This document shows, one piece after another, positions 27,591 to 41,100 of a DNA stretch of 64,000 nt. The DNA lies in contig CP086569.2 of NCBI GenBank assembly GCA_009914755.4, forward strand, positions 19,392,001 through 19,456,000. Direction: 5' to 3'. Within the stretch, counting starts at the first letter, position 1. Every line of letters begins with the position of its first letter. This DNA comes from the human T2T-CHM13v2.0 reference genome, Homo sapiens. A program made the translations under genes and the position numbers. Below the pieces are notes generated by a model, which had not been told where the DNA came from, searched no databases, and worked only from the letters and a program-made list of their open reading frames with translations.

Positions 27591-29149
27591 CCTCTTCTGT
27601 TTTAAACTTGTAGTTCTAATGAATTCAACCAGTGTTATGACCTTTGGATTCCTATACATTATGCTTTTATTTTTTTACAAGCACCCCAAGATTAAGATAG
27701 CTAAATTGATAACTTCCCCTGAACTTCTTTACACTTTCTACATGCCTCTCTCTTCCATCACTATCTTGTCTAAAAATACATCATCTGTATAACATAAAAA
27801 CTGAGGTATTCCAAATATATTATTTTCCCTCATATCTTTCATATTTTATCTACAATAACTTTTTTATTATATACCACTTACAAATTTTTTTTCTTGTTGC
27901 TGTTTATACATTCCAGTTGAGGTCATCATTCATTGTTCCCTAAATGATAGTATCAACATCTTAATTTATTTCCTACTTCAACTGATTTCTCACTGAGGGT
28001 CTAGAATTATTCTTCTTTTCAATGGATAAAACACATCTCTTTTCTTTTTCTTTCTATTCTTCTTCCTTTCTGCTTTACTATTAACTGTTATTGTATACAG
28101 TGAGGAGCTATTTCAGTGTTATTTACTATTATATCCACCATTTTAAGCTAAAATTCAGAGATATAATAACTTCTCTATAAGTGCTTAATATTATAGTAAA
28201 AAATGCAACTTTGTAATTTCAGTGTTAAATATTTGAATACCACGTCTATAGATTATTTATGAAACAAGATTTCAGTTGAGTTGCAGATAAGCTTATGTTA
28301 ATTTTTTATTCACTCCTTCCATTTCTATCCATCCTAGCTATAAGACATTTAGAGGTGGGAACTTGGCATACTCTTCCCTATACTTGAGAGCCTGTTGAAG
28401 TCACATGAATAACGAAATGTACACTGACCATTTAATTCATATAACTAAATATAAATATTTTATATTTAAAATGTATTGAAAAGTTTTTATTGCTTAAATT
28501 TATTATGACAGCTATTATTTAGATTTTTCATTATTTAAAACTCAAACAATACAGGAAACAAACATGTAGGGAAATCTCAAGTAATTCATTATTTATTGTT
28601 CTTTTTATCACAGAAGACACAAGCCATCTCCTTACTGGTTAGGGCCATATTATCCAGAACCGTCAGAACATTTCACTTTTCATTTCCCATTGAAATCTGA
28701 GGAGTGTGTTTTGAACTCTATAGTGAAATGCCTACAACTACCCAGTGTAACTCTGTCTTCTTAGGAGGGTATGATTCTGCAAGATGAATATGATAATGTC
28801 CTAAAATATCACCCTTACATTTAATTATATAAAACACCACTAATGCAATAATAATACATGAGCTGAACGTTACATAGTCTAATTATAAAGTTAATTTTTA
28901 CACTCAAATAGTTGAGTTAGAGACTGTGAGATTAAACTGGTGGAAGATGGAACTTAATTTTTTGTAACAACTACCATACCGTGGTGAAATGAATTAACTG
29001 AGCTCTTAATAATTTGGAAAATAATAAAGTTATATCTATTAAAATTACTAACAAAAACGTACATTTCTTAACTGTTTCTTATTATGTGAAAGACAGAATG
29101 GCTCTCGTGATAATGATGGAAGCAGCCTGAAATAAAATCTAACAAAACA

Positions 29150-29440
29150 GTCTGGACATGATGGCTCATGCCTGTAATCCCAGCACTTTGGGAGGCTGAG
29201 GCAGGTGGATGACTTCAGGTCAAGAGTTTGAGACTAGCCTGGCCAAAATGGTGAAACCCCCTTTCTACTAAAAATAAGAACATTAGCCAGGCGTGGGGGT
29301 GCATGCCTGTAATTCCAGCTACTCAGGAAGCTGAGATAAGAGAATCCCTTGAACCTGGAAGGCAGAGGCTGCTGGGAGCTGAGTTTGGACCACTGCACTC
29401 TAGCCTGTAGGACAGAAGGAGACTCCATCTCAGAAAACCT
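29150..29440 (+). mobile_element. Alu, AluS-like
   Basis: gtctggacatgatggctcatgcctgtaatcccagcactttgggaggctgaggcaggtggatgacttcaggtcaagagtttgagactagcctggccaaaatggtgaaaccccctttctactaaaaataag...cactgcactctagcctgtaggacagaaggagactccatctcag. Confidence 0.9.
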
Positions 29441-30046
29441 CTCTGAACATTAAAAAGCAAGGCAAATTTAATCAAGTTTCTATTTTATGCTGTCATTAGA
29501 GTTCATTGGGTTAAAAGTGCAGAGATATAAGGAAGAGAAAAAGACCTCAGACTTGACTTTTGGAGCTCTGGAATCTAATAACATAACTCAGGAGTGTGTT
29601 TAATGAAGAAAGACCTGACCTCTAAGTCTGGGCGAGACAGTATGTGTCATTTTAACTTCCCATCATCACCCACTCCATGGCTTCATGGCCACTGTGAAGA
29701 AGATTAAATTATAGATGCAGCTTTTGATGCATATGGGGAAAATAGAGAGCTTATCTCAAAGAATTATGGTTGTGTGATTTAAAATGTCTGAGGTTCCCTT
29801 GGAGATTATTAGCTCAGAGGCTTTTCTTTAGCCCACCTCAGAGCTTTCTTGTGGGCAGAAGTTGACTCCCAGGAGGCATTTATGGAAAGGAAATATACTA
29901 GTCAGAGCCACTTGCAGCAAGGAAAAAGAGTCAGGTCAAGCGGTACACAAACAAAAGGCCTGCAAGAAGAGTCTGGGAAGAAAATTGAGGCGGAAAATCA
30001 GCTTTGAAAAACTCTCACGGTTTATTGTTGTTTGTTTTGGATTAGG

Positions 30047-30372
30047 TTTTAAATAGAGACAGAACTTGCCCTGTGGCCCACGTTGGAGTCCGCTGGCATG
30101 ATCGTGATCCACTGCAGCCTCAACTTCTTTGGGTTCAAATGAACTTCCCACCTTAGCCACCTGAGCATCTCGCCTATCTGGACTCCACCTATCCTCCCCT
30201 GTCAGCATCTCACAGCATAGGCATGGGCCACCAGAACCAGCTTATTTTTGTATTTTTTTAAGCAGAAGAGATCTTACCATGTTGTGAAGACTGGTCTCGT
30301 ACTTCTGGCTGAAGTGATTTGTTCTCCTAAGCCTTCCAAATTGGTGGGATTACATATGTGAACCACCACACA
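30047..30372 (-). mobile_element. Alu, AluJ-like with internal insertion, antisense
   Basis: aaatagagacagaacttgccctgtggcccacgttggagtccgctggcatgatcgtgatccactgcagcctcaacttc...ggcatgggccaccagaaccagcttatttttgtatttttttaagcag...ccaaattggtgggattacatatgtgaaccaccacac. Confidence 0.8.
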
Positions 30373-30899
30373 AAGACTCCTACTGGTATATTTAGAAGGA
30401 TATAAGTATGCCGGTTTTTGGATGCATGCATGGAGAAGACCCCAAAGCTTTTCACTTTTCCCTGAGTTTGGGCTAAACACTAGAGTTCCTCAAAGAGTCC
30501 ATATCCAAAGTCTGGGCAGTTTTTCTTTTCTTTCTTTTCCTTTTTTTTTTTCTTGGATTGTTTTTAAAAAATATGTCGAGAATAGTAGACCATCAAAAAG
30601 GTGACAGAACACAGATTAAGTGGATATACAACACAAAGAATGCAGACCACAAAAATAGCTCTGGAGGGTTGCTACACAAGTAAACAACCCACAAACTAAG
30701 GAATTGTGGATGTTAAGAATTTGTTATCCAAATATGCTGAATACTATCCAATATTTCAATTCACTTCATTTTACTATTCTCAAAGACCTAAGGGAACCCA
30801 GGAGTACAGTGATTCAAAACTGAAAATACCAGTAAAGACATACAGATTATTTTAAAAATGAAATCAATAACCTTGAAGTTACTAGGAAGCTGTGTGATT

Positions 30900-31830
30900 G
30901 AAAGTCAGTCACTCAATCACATGATCCTGGGATTTTCCTCTACATGTGGGACTACCCATACCTTGCAGCATTGCTGTGAGTTCACCTGAGCAAGACACCT
31001 GCACATGGTGGTGCTCAGGAAATGTTAATTTCCCTTTATTGAAATGGAACAACCCATGGGTATTATGTCTTGAGGTCTGGATTACAGTTGAGCAAGATAC
31101 AGAAGACGTTGTAAACCCTGAGGAGGCATCACTGATCACTGGGAGTCTGGAAAGGCAGCAGAGAAAAAGTGACCTGCAGCTGGAAATGGCCAATGGGTCT
31201 GTTACAGGAAGTTACACAGGCATGAGTGGGGCAGAAGAGAGTTCTCCCATCCACCTACCAGGAATGTCAGGCCATCGGGTAATGGTTGGACAGTTATCAC
31301 ATTGCTTTTCTAAAAATAATAATTTAGCAGCAGAGCCAGGGATAGACAAGTTCCTACTGATACACAGCTGGTAACATTAAAGTGTTAACTAAAGTCACAC
31401 TCCCGGGAGGGGGAAAAAGGGCTTCTAGTAAAATTTTACATACTGGGTGAGTGAACTGAGACATGCACATTAAGAGACGAAATGGTACAGCATGACTTTC
31501 TGGGGTCACTCCACCAAAAAAAGGGAGGAAGCTTCAGATGGGCATGCATATAAATGCTCAAACACACTGCCTATGCTCACTTCTCAAGGGTAAGGAGGGC
31601 ACTGTGCCTGCTGGCAGCCCACACTTAGGAAAGAATCATGGAAAAAGGTGCACCAGATGCTCAAGGTGGGCCAGCCTATAAAGTCCCAGAATGAAGAGAA
31701 ATGGCCACACTTGTTCTTCAAGTCACCCACTTGGATCTCTTCCAAGTGCACTTTTCATTCTTTCCTGCTCTAAAGCTTTTTAATAAATGTCCACTCCTGC
31801 TGTGAAACTTGCCTCAGGATTTTTTTTCCT
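30900..31830 (+). mobile_element. Possible solo LTR or unclassified interspersed element with TATA (31549-31555) and AATAAA (31783-31788)
   Basis: ggcatgcatataaatgctcaaacacactgcc is followed about 230 bp later by ttcctgctctaaagctttttaataaatgtccactcctgctgtgaaacttgcctc. That layout (TATA, then a poly(A) signal and an R/U5-like end) is typical of retroviral LTRs. The family is not recognised. Confidence 0.35.
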
Positions 31831-32094
31831 TCTTTATGCCCATCAGTTGAACTCTTTCACCTGAGGAGGCAAGAACTGACATTGCTAAAGACGCAGATGG
31901 ATTTGCTGCCAGTAACTCCGATACTTTCCACCAGTAACAGATCTAGGAGCTGGTGGACATAGTTGCTGAAGCATGTGTCCAGAATGTTTCTGCCCAGGCC
32001 ACAAGCAGTCCTGCACTGTAAAGGGACTTGAACCCCAAGCTCAGGGGACACCATGGAAAGAGACTTCAGCCCGCTGATGGAATACTGGAGATAG

Positions 32095-33100
32095 GAATTT
32101 TTTATTGAGGTATAATTCCCATAATATGTTAACTGTTTTTTAAGGTATAATTCAGTGACACAGGAATGTGCATGTTCTACCACTTCTTAATTCCAAATTA
32201 TTTTCATCATCTCAAAAGGAAATCCCCTACCTATTAAGGAGCTACTACCCAATCTGTCCTCTTTCTGACTCCTGACAATTAACAATCTGTTTTCTTTCTC
32301 TGTGAAATTATTTATTTTGGATATGTTTATAAATAAAATCATACAATACGTGACTTTTGTGCTTAGCTTCTTTAAACACAATGGTTTTGCAGTATCTTCA
32401 CATTGTAGTATGAATGTCTCAATCCTTTTTATGGCTAAATATTATGCCATTGTAAGGATATGCTACATTTTGTTTTCCTGTTATTTATTGATGGACATTT
32501 GTGTTTTTTCCATGTTTTAGTTATTGTGAATAATTCTGCTATCAATATATGTGTACACTTTTTTTTAATACCTACTTTACATTGTTTTGTGAATATACCT
32601 GGGAGTGGATTTGCTGGTTTCTATGATAATTCTATGTTTAGCTTTTTGCAGAAATATCAAGCTATTTTCCACAGAAGAGGAATTATTTTACCTTTGTGAT
32701 TCTCCATTTCCATGTCAACACATTTTAGTTTATGGTTTTAAATAATAATAATTATAATGAGTGTGAAGTGGTGTCTTATTGTGGCTTTGATTTGCATTTC
32801 TCTGAGGTGAGTGATGTTGAGCTAATTTTTATGTGTTTTTTTGTGTATCTTTGGAGAAAAGTATTTTCAATTAATTAATTTATTTTTTTAATTGGATTGT
32901 TTGTCTTTTTGTTCTTGAGTTGTAAGAATTCTTTCTATATCCTGGATAGTAGACATTTATTCTTATATATGGCTTGCAAATATTTTGTCCTACACTGTTG
33001 GTTTTCTATTGACTATCCTGATAGTGTCCTTTGAAGCATGAAAGATTTTAGTTTTAAGGAAGTTCATTTTATCTATTTTTTTCTTTTGTTTTCTGTGCAT
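32095..33100 (-). mobile_element. Old L1 (L1M-class) 3' portion, antisense
   Basis: aatgagtgtgaagtggtgtcttattgtggctttgatttgcatttctctgaggtgagtgatgttgagctaatttttatgtg...ctttggagaaaagtattttcaattaattaatttatttttttaattggattgtttgtctttttgttcttgagttgtaagaattctttctatatcctggatagtagacatttattcttatatatggcttgcaaatattttgtcc...tgatagtgtcctttgaagcatgaaagattttagttttaaggaagttcattttatctattttt matches the L1 ORF2-end/3'UTR antisense consensus motif by motif. Confidence 0.65.
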
Positions 33101-33149
33101 TCTCTGTCCTACCCAGGAAACCATTGTCAAATTCAATGCCACTAAGCAC

Positions 33150-33440
33150 ATAAAAATATGTTCCACATCATTAGCCGTTAGGTAAACAAATATCTAAACC
33201 ACAATGAGCTTACCACTTTATACCCACTAGAATGCCTTTATTTTTTATTTATTTATTTATTTATTTTGGAAAAAAGGAGAGTTGGAGAATATGTGGAGCA
33301 AATGGAACCCCTGTGCATTGCTGGTGAGAATGTGCAATGGTGGTGGTGGTTGCACGATAACATAAACATACTTAATGCCACTTACCTATACACCTACAAA
33401 TGTTTAGATTGGTGAATTTTATTTTATGATTCTTTTACCC
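33150..33440 (+). mobile_element. Old L1 fragment, sense, with internal deletion and ending in the L1M 3' terminus
   Basis: attagccgttaggtaaacaaatatctaaaccacaatgagcttaccactttatacccactagaatgcc...ggagaatatgtggagcaaatggaacccctgtgcattgctggtgagaatgtgcaatggtggtggtggttgcacgataacataaacatacttaatgccac...ggtgaattttattttatg. Confidence 0.55.
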
Positions 33441-33526
33441 CATACAACAAAGGCTTCCTGAGAATTGGTCCTGAAATAGTTTAATGTGTAGTGAAAGAAG
33501 ATCCTTCTCTTCTAGAGTGAGTAGGA

Positions 33527-33824
33527 GCCTTTTATTTTTCTTGAGACAGAGTCTTGCTCTGTCACCCAGCCTGGAGTGCAGTGGCGCAGTCTCCACTCAC
33601 TGCAAATTCCACCTCATGGGTTCATGCCATTCTCCTGCCTCAGCCTCCTGAGTAACTGGGACTACAGGTGCCCACGACCATGCCTGGCTAATCTTTTTGT
33701 ATTTTTTAGTAGAGGCAGGGCTCCATCGTGTTAACCAGGATGGTCTCTATCTCCTAACCTCGTGATCCACCCACCTCAGTCTCCCAAAGTGCTGGGATTA
33801 CAGACATAAGCCACCACGCCAGGC
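33527..33824 (-). mobile_element. Alu, AluS/Y-like, antisense, with 15-bp target-site duplication
   Basis: tttttatttttcttgagacagagtcttgctctgtcacccagcctggagtgcagtggcgcagtctcc...cctcagtctcccaaagtgctgggattacagacataagccaccacgccaggc. The direct repeat gagtaggagcctttt sits at 33520-33534 and 33826-33840. Confidence 0.9.
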
Positions 33825-35199
33825 AGAGTAGGAGCCTTTTTATTCACGCTGGTACTACACACTACTGGCTCTTCCAAACACATAGCATGATCTCACCAAC
33901 CAGAGGGAGCTTAATTCTAACTGGCCCATTTGTACTTCTTTCCAACATCCTATTCCCCTATTCAACTCACTCCCTGCCCTCTACAAACCACTGTACATCA
34001 GAGGTCGGTTTACCTTCGCTGTAGACTTTTCATAATGTCATAGAAATGCGATCATACAGTACATGACATCTTCAGACTGGTGCTTTTTGTTATTATTGTT
34101 TTCTCATTATTCCATAATTGCTGCCAAAAGAAGCATGCATATGTTTTGCCACAGAAAACTGATCGTAGTCTGAGCTCTACTTAGTAAACATTAAAAAAAA
34201 TATGCTAGTACCTATTGTGGCATTGATCCTGTTTTTTAATTGATGATTTCTACAATGAGATAGTAAGTTGTAGCTAATAAGACAATGTGCTGAATTAGTG
34301 TGATACTTCACTATGTAGAGATCTCATTCAACAAAGTGATTCCTTTACAGGTGTCTGCAGGGGTCTGTCCCACAGACCCTGACTCAATGGTGGGTGAATA
34401 AAGTACTCTGAAACGCAGATACTCTGCTTTGCCAGTCCAGCTGAGCATTTGGGCTGCTTACAGACTGCAGGCAGAGTGGTGTAAACATTTTTGACTGTGG
34501 CCCTGACCAACTACTAAGACTTGCATTTATTCAGTAACGACTAATTGACAAAGGCTTGAGTCAAAACCACTAAGGGGTAATTGACAGTGTGGACTTCTGA
34601 TTAGAAAGAAATTAAGCACCTGTGGAAAGTCAAAGGATAGTCTTCAGACCTCACAAGTAAGCAAGCTAGTTACACAAACACCCCATATTCCTTTGTTTCT
34701 ACTCTAACATATTTAAATAAAGGGAAAAGGCTGCCTTCATCCAAGTTTATTACTGGAGCTGATGCCAACCCCGCAGTCATTCCAGTAAGGTTTGCATCTG
34801 ATAATTTTCCCCACCATCCTGACTGAACCCCCACAGATGTGAAAGCAGCAACAGGAATTGCTACAGTACAAACTAGTTTCTTTGGGAACTGAAAAAAACC
34901 ATTGATTTCAATTTCAGTACATATTTTGCAACACTTAATATTTGATACAGAATAGAACTCTGGAGGTTTTCCTTCTTAAATCTGCTTTTTCAAAGTGAGC
35001 CAAAGTGTGAAATCACATGATTTTGGTCTGTTAGTTTTTCCTTCACCTTTCACAATGTGGCACTGATTTTGATTGACATTTGAAGACAGAGACTAATTTA
35101 TTAAAATATTTCTCCCTGTTCTTTTTCTTTTTGCTTTTAAACATCACAAGTGAAACTTCTGGTAATTTCAAGAGTGTACACTTTAAATAAGAATAAAAG

Positions 35200-38100
35200 C
35201 CAGTGGGCATCTGGCAAGATGGTTGAAAAAGAAAAGCTTTTGTTGGCAGCTCCCACAGAGACCAACAAAAGACCGGTAATTTCTGCATTTCCACCTAAGG
35301 TACCCAGTTCATCTCGTTGGGACTGGTTAGACATTGAGTGCAGCCCACAAAAGGCAGCAGATACAGGTGAGTGTTGCCTCACCAAGGAAGTGTGAGGGGC
35401 TGGGGACTTCCTCCCTAGCCAAGGAAAGCCATCAGGGGCTGTGCTATGAAGTCCACATCCTGCACATTTCTCACAGGTTTTGCAACTCACAGACCAGGAG
35501 ATTCCCTAGTATGCCTATGCAACCACAGCCTTGGGTTTCAAGCACAAAACTGGGTGCCTGCTTGGGCAGAGGCTGAGATAGCTGCAAAAAAATATTATGT
35601 ACCCCAGTGGCACCTGGAACCCCAGTGACAAAGAACCATTCACACCTCTGCAAAGGGGGCTAAAGCCAGGGAGCCAAGTGGTCTCACTCATCAGGTCTCA
35701 CTCCCATGCAGCACAGCAAGCAGAGATGCACTGGCTTCAAATTCTCACTATCCACCTAGAAGTCTGAAGTCAACTTGGAATGATTAAGCTTGGTGGGGAG
35801 ATGGTTGATCACCATTACTGAGACTTGAGTATAAGGATTTCCCCTCACAGTGTTAAGAAAGCTGCCAAGAAGTTTGGACTGCATGGGACTCACACAAGCA
35901 AGCAAAGCAGATGTGGCCAGGTTGGCTCTCTAGATTCCTCCTCACTAAGTAGGGAATCTCTGAAAGAAAGGCAGCAGCCCCAGTCAGGGACTTATATGTA
36001 AAAGTCCCATCTCTCTGAGAAAGAAACTGTGAGAAAAGGGATGGCTGGGAGTGCAGCTTCAGCAGACTTAAACATTCTTGCCTGCCTGCTCTGAAGAGAG
36101 CAGTGTATCTCCCAGAAGTGTGCTCGAGCTCTGCTCAGGGACAGACTGCCTTTTCAAATGTGTCCCTGACTCATGTGTCTCCTGACTAGAAGACACCTCC
36201 CAGCAGGGCTCAACAGATACTTCTACAGGAGAGCTCTGGCTGGCACCAGTTAGGTACAACTCAGGATCAAATCTTCCAATTACTGTTGTTCTGCAACTTC
36301 AGATGGTGACACCCAGGCAGACAGCATCTAAAGTAGACTGCCAGCAAACTCTAGCAGATCTGCAGAAGAGATGCCTGACTGTTAGAAGAAAAACTAACAA
36401 ACAGAAATCAGTCACATCAACATCAACAAAAAGGACACACACACAAAACCCAATCCAAAGACTATCGGCATCAAAGATCCCAGGTAGATAAATCCACAAA
36501 AAATGAGGAATATCCAGCATAAAAGTGCTAAAAATTCAAAAATACTAGAATGCCTCTTCTCCTCCAAATGATTCCAAGCACTCTGCAGCAAGGGCACAAA
36601 AGTGGATGGGGAATAAGGTTGATGAATTGACAGAAGTAAACTTGAGAAAGTCGGTAATAACAAAATTCTCTGAGCTAAAGGAGCATGTTCTAACCCAATT
36701 CAAGGAAGATAAGAACCTTGATAAGTCATTACAGGAACTGCTAACAAAAATAACCAGTTTAGAGGAGAACATATATGACCTCATGGAGATGAAAAACACA
36801 GCGCAAGAAACATTGTGAAGCAAAAACAGGTATCAATAGCTGAATTGATGAAGATGAAGAAAGGATATTAGAGAATGAAGATCAACTTAATGAAATAAAG
36901 GATGAAGACAAGACTAGAGAAAAACGAATAAAAAGGAACAAACTAGCCTCCAAGAAATATGGGACCATGTCAAAAGGCCAAACCTACAATTGATTGGTGT
37001 ACCTATAAGTGATGGGGAAAATGGAACCAAGTTTGAAAACACACTTCAAGGCATTATCCAGTAGAACTTCCACAACCTAACAAGACAGGCCAACATTGAA
37101 ATTCAGGTAATACAGATAACACCACTAAGATACTCCTTGAGAAGAGCAACATGAAGACCTATAACTGTCAGATTCTCCAAGGTTGAACAAAAATAAAAAA
37201 TGTTAAGGACAGCCAGAGAGAAAGGTCAGGTTACCTACAAAGGGAAGCACATCAGAATAACATCGGCTCTCTCTGCAGAAACCCCACAAGCCAGAAGAGA
37301 GTAGGGGCCAATATTCAGCATCCTTAAAGAAAAAAAAAAATTCAACCTAGAATTTTATATTCAGGCAAACAAAGCTTCATAAATAAAACAAAAATAGAAT
37401 TGTTACAGACAATCAAAGGTAGATGGTTTTTGTCATCACCATGCCTGCCTTAGACGAGCTCCTGCAGAAAACAGTAAATATGGAAAGAAAAAACCTGTAC
37501 TCACCACTGAAAAAAATGTCAAAATATAAAGACCAACAACACTATGAAAAAAGTGGATCAACTAGTATGCAAAATGACCAGCTATTATTGCTATGCCAGG
37601 ACCAAATTGACACATAACAATATTAACCTTCGATGTAAATGACCTAAGTTTGCCAATTAATGTACACAGACTGGCAAATTGGATGAAGAGTAAAGACCCT
37701 GTGTTATTCTACATTCAGGAGACCCATCTCATGAGTGAAGACACATGTAGGCTCAAAAGAAAGGGATGGAGGAATAGTTTCCAAGCAAATGGAAAGTTAA
37801 AAAAAAAAAAAGGATTGTAATCCTAGTCTCTCCTAAGACAAACTGTAAACCGACATAGATCAAAAAAGACAGAGTAGTTGCATAATGGTAAAGGGATCAA
37901 TGAAACAAGAAGAGCTAATGATCCTAAATATATATGAACCTAATACAGTAGCACCCAGATTTATAAAGCAAGTTCTTAGAGACTTACACAGCCTAGACTC
38001 CCATACAATAATAGTGGGAGACTTTAACACCCCACTATCAATATTACACAGATAAATGAGACAGAATATCAACAAGAATACTCAAGACTTGAACTCAGCT

Positions 38101-41100
38101 CTTGACCAAGCAGAGCTAATAGATATCTACAGAAGTCTCCACCCCAAATCAACATAATGTACATTATTCTCAGCACCATATAGCACTTATTCTAAAATTG
38201 AGTACATAATTGGAAGTAAAACACTCCTCAACAAAAGCAAAAGAACAGAAATCAAAACAAACCGTCTCTCAGACCAGGGTGGACTAAAATTAGAACTCAG
38301 GATTAAGAAACTCATTCAGAACTGCACAACTACATGGAAACTGTAAAACCTGCTCCTGAATGACAACTGGGTAGATAACAACGTTAAGAAAGAAAGAAGT
38401 TGCTTGAAACCAGTGAGAACAAAGACACAACCTACCAGAATCTCTGGCACACAGCTAAAGCAGTGTTAAGAGGAAAATTAATAGCACTAAATGCCCACAT
38501 CAGAAAGTGGGACAGATTTAAATCAACACTCTACAGTCAGAATGAAAAGAACTAGAGAGACGGGCATGGTGGCTCCTGCCTGTTATTTCAGCACTTCGGG
38601 AAGTTGAGCCAGGCAGTTAGCCTGAGTTCATGACTCCAAGACCAGCCTGGACAACCAACATGGTGAATCTCTGTCTCTACAAAAATGTAGCCGGGCAAAA
38701 TGGTGCACAACTTTAATCCCAGATACTCAGGAGGGTGAAGTTGGGTAATCTCTTGAACCCAAAAGATAAAAGTCGCAGTAATCTGAGGTCGCACCACTCC
38801 ACTCCAGTGTGGGTGACAGTATGAGACACCTTAAAAAAATGAAAGAAAGAAAGAAAGAAAGGAAAAGAACTAGAGAAGCAAGAACAAACAAATTCAAAAC
38901 CTGACACAAAAAAGAAATAACTGAGTGCAGAGCGTAACTGAAGGTGATAGAAACAGGAAAATCCTTCCAAAAATCCATGAATCCAAGAACATTTTTGTTG
39001 TTGCTGTGAGGATTAACAAAATAGATAGACTGCTAGCCAGACTAATAAAGAAAAAAGAGAGAAGAACCAATTAGACACAGTAAAAAAAAGGACAATGGAG
39101 ATGTAACCACTGATCCCTAGACACACAAACTACCATAAAAGAATACTGTAAACACCTCTATGCAAATAAACTAAAAAATCTGGAAGAAATAAATTAATTC
39201 CTGGACACATACACCATTCCAAGACTAAATCAGAAAAAAAGTAGAATCCCTGAAGAGACCAACAAATTCTAAAATTGAGGCAGTAATTAATAGCCTACCA
39301 AACAAAAAATTGCCAGACCAGAGAGATTCACAGCTGACTTCTACCAGATGTGCAAAGAAAAGCTGGTGCTATTTCCTTCTGAAACTATTCCAAACAATAG
39401 AGAAAGAGGGACTCCTCCTGAACTCATTTTATGAGGCCAGCATCATCTTACTACCAAAGCCTGTCAGAGACGCAACAAAAAGAGAAAATTTCAGGCCAAT
39501 ATCCCTGATGAAAATTGAAGTGAATATCCACAATAAAATAATGGCAAACTGAATCCAGCAACACATCAAAAAGCTTATCCATACGATCAAGTCAGCTCCG
39601 TCCTTAGATTGCTAGTCTAGTTTCAACATATGCAAATCAATAAACATAATCCAGCATATAAAGAGAACCAATGACAAAAACCACATAATTATCTCTATAG
39701 ATGCAGAAAAGGCCTTTGGTAAAATTCAACATCACTTTTTGCTAAAAACACTCAATAAACTGGGTATTGATGGAATGTATCAGAAAGTAATGGGAGCTGT
39801 TTGTGACAAACCCATAGGCAATGTCATACTGAATGGGCAAAACCTGGAAACATTCCCTTTGACAACCTAAAACAAAAGGCACAAGACAAGCATGGCCTCT
39901 CTCACCACTCCTATTCAACATAATATTGAAGGTTCTGGCCAGGACAATCAGGCAAGAGAAAGAAATAAAGGGTATTCAAATAAAAATAAAGGAAATCAAA
40001 TTGTCCCTGTTTGCAGATGACATAGCTGTATCTTTAGAGTACCCCATTTTCTCAGCTCTGTACTCCTTAACAATAGACAAGGAACTTGTCTATTGTATAT
40101 GTTTCTTAAGCTTGTAAAGAACACCAGCAAGGTCAGGCTACAAAATCAATGTGCAAAAATCACAAGCATTTCTATAAACCAATAGTAGACATACGAGAGC
40201 CAAATCATGAGCGAACTCAAATTCACAATTGCTCCAAAGAAAATAAAATTACTAGGAATGCAGCTTACAAAGCATGTGAAGGACTTCTTTATGGAGAGCT
40301 ACAAACCACTGCTCAAGGAAATAAGAGAGGACACAAAAATATGGAAAAAAAATTATGTTCATGGACAAGAAGAATCAATATCGTGAAAACGACCATAGTG
40401 CTTAAAGTAATTCACACATCTACAATGATCTGATCTTCGACAGGCCTAACAAAAGCAAGCAACGGGGGAAGGATTCCCTGGTACTGGGAAAACTGGATAG
40501 CCATATGCAGAAAGCTGAAACTGGATCCCTTTCTTATAGCTCATACAAAAATTAACTCAAGATGAATTCAAATCTTAAACGTTAAATCTAAAACCATAAA
40601 ACCCTAGAAGAAAACCTAGACAATACCATTCAGGATATAGGCATGGACAAAGGCCTCATGACAAAAACACCAAAAACAATGGCAACGAAATCCAAAATTG
40701 ACAAACGGGACCTACTTCAATCAAAGAGCTTCTCCACAGCAAAAGAAAATATTGTCAGAGTGAACAGGGGACATACAGGATGTGAGAACATTTTTTCAAC
40801 CTATCCGTCTGACAAAGATCTAATATCCAAAATCTACAAGAAACTTAAAAAGATTTACAAGAAAATAAAAAACAGACAAACCCCATCAAAAAGTGGGCAA
40901 AGCAAATGAACAGACACTTCTCAAAAGAAGACATTTAATCAGCCAACAAACATACATAAAAAAAGCTCGGCGTCACTTGTCGTTAGAGAAATGCAAATCA
41001 AAACCACAATGAGCTATCATCTCACACCAGTCAGGATGGCGACCATTAAAAAGTCAGGAAACAACAGATGCTACTGAAGTTGTAAAGAAATAAGAATGCT

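Noticed and set aside
32095-33440. Antisense L1 block followed by sense L1 block, which could have been another twin-priming inversion
   Set aside because: Both blocks carry their own 3' terminus, at 32100 and 33440 respectively, pointing outward. This is tail-to-tail arrangement of two independent old L1 fragments, not one inverted insertion.
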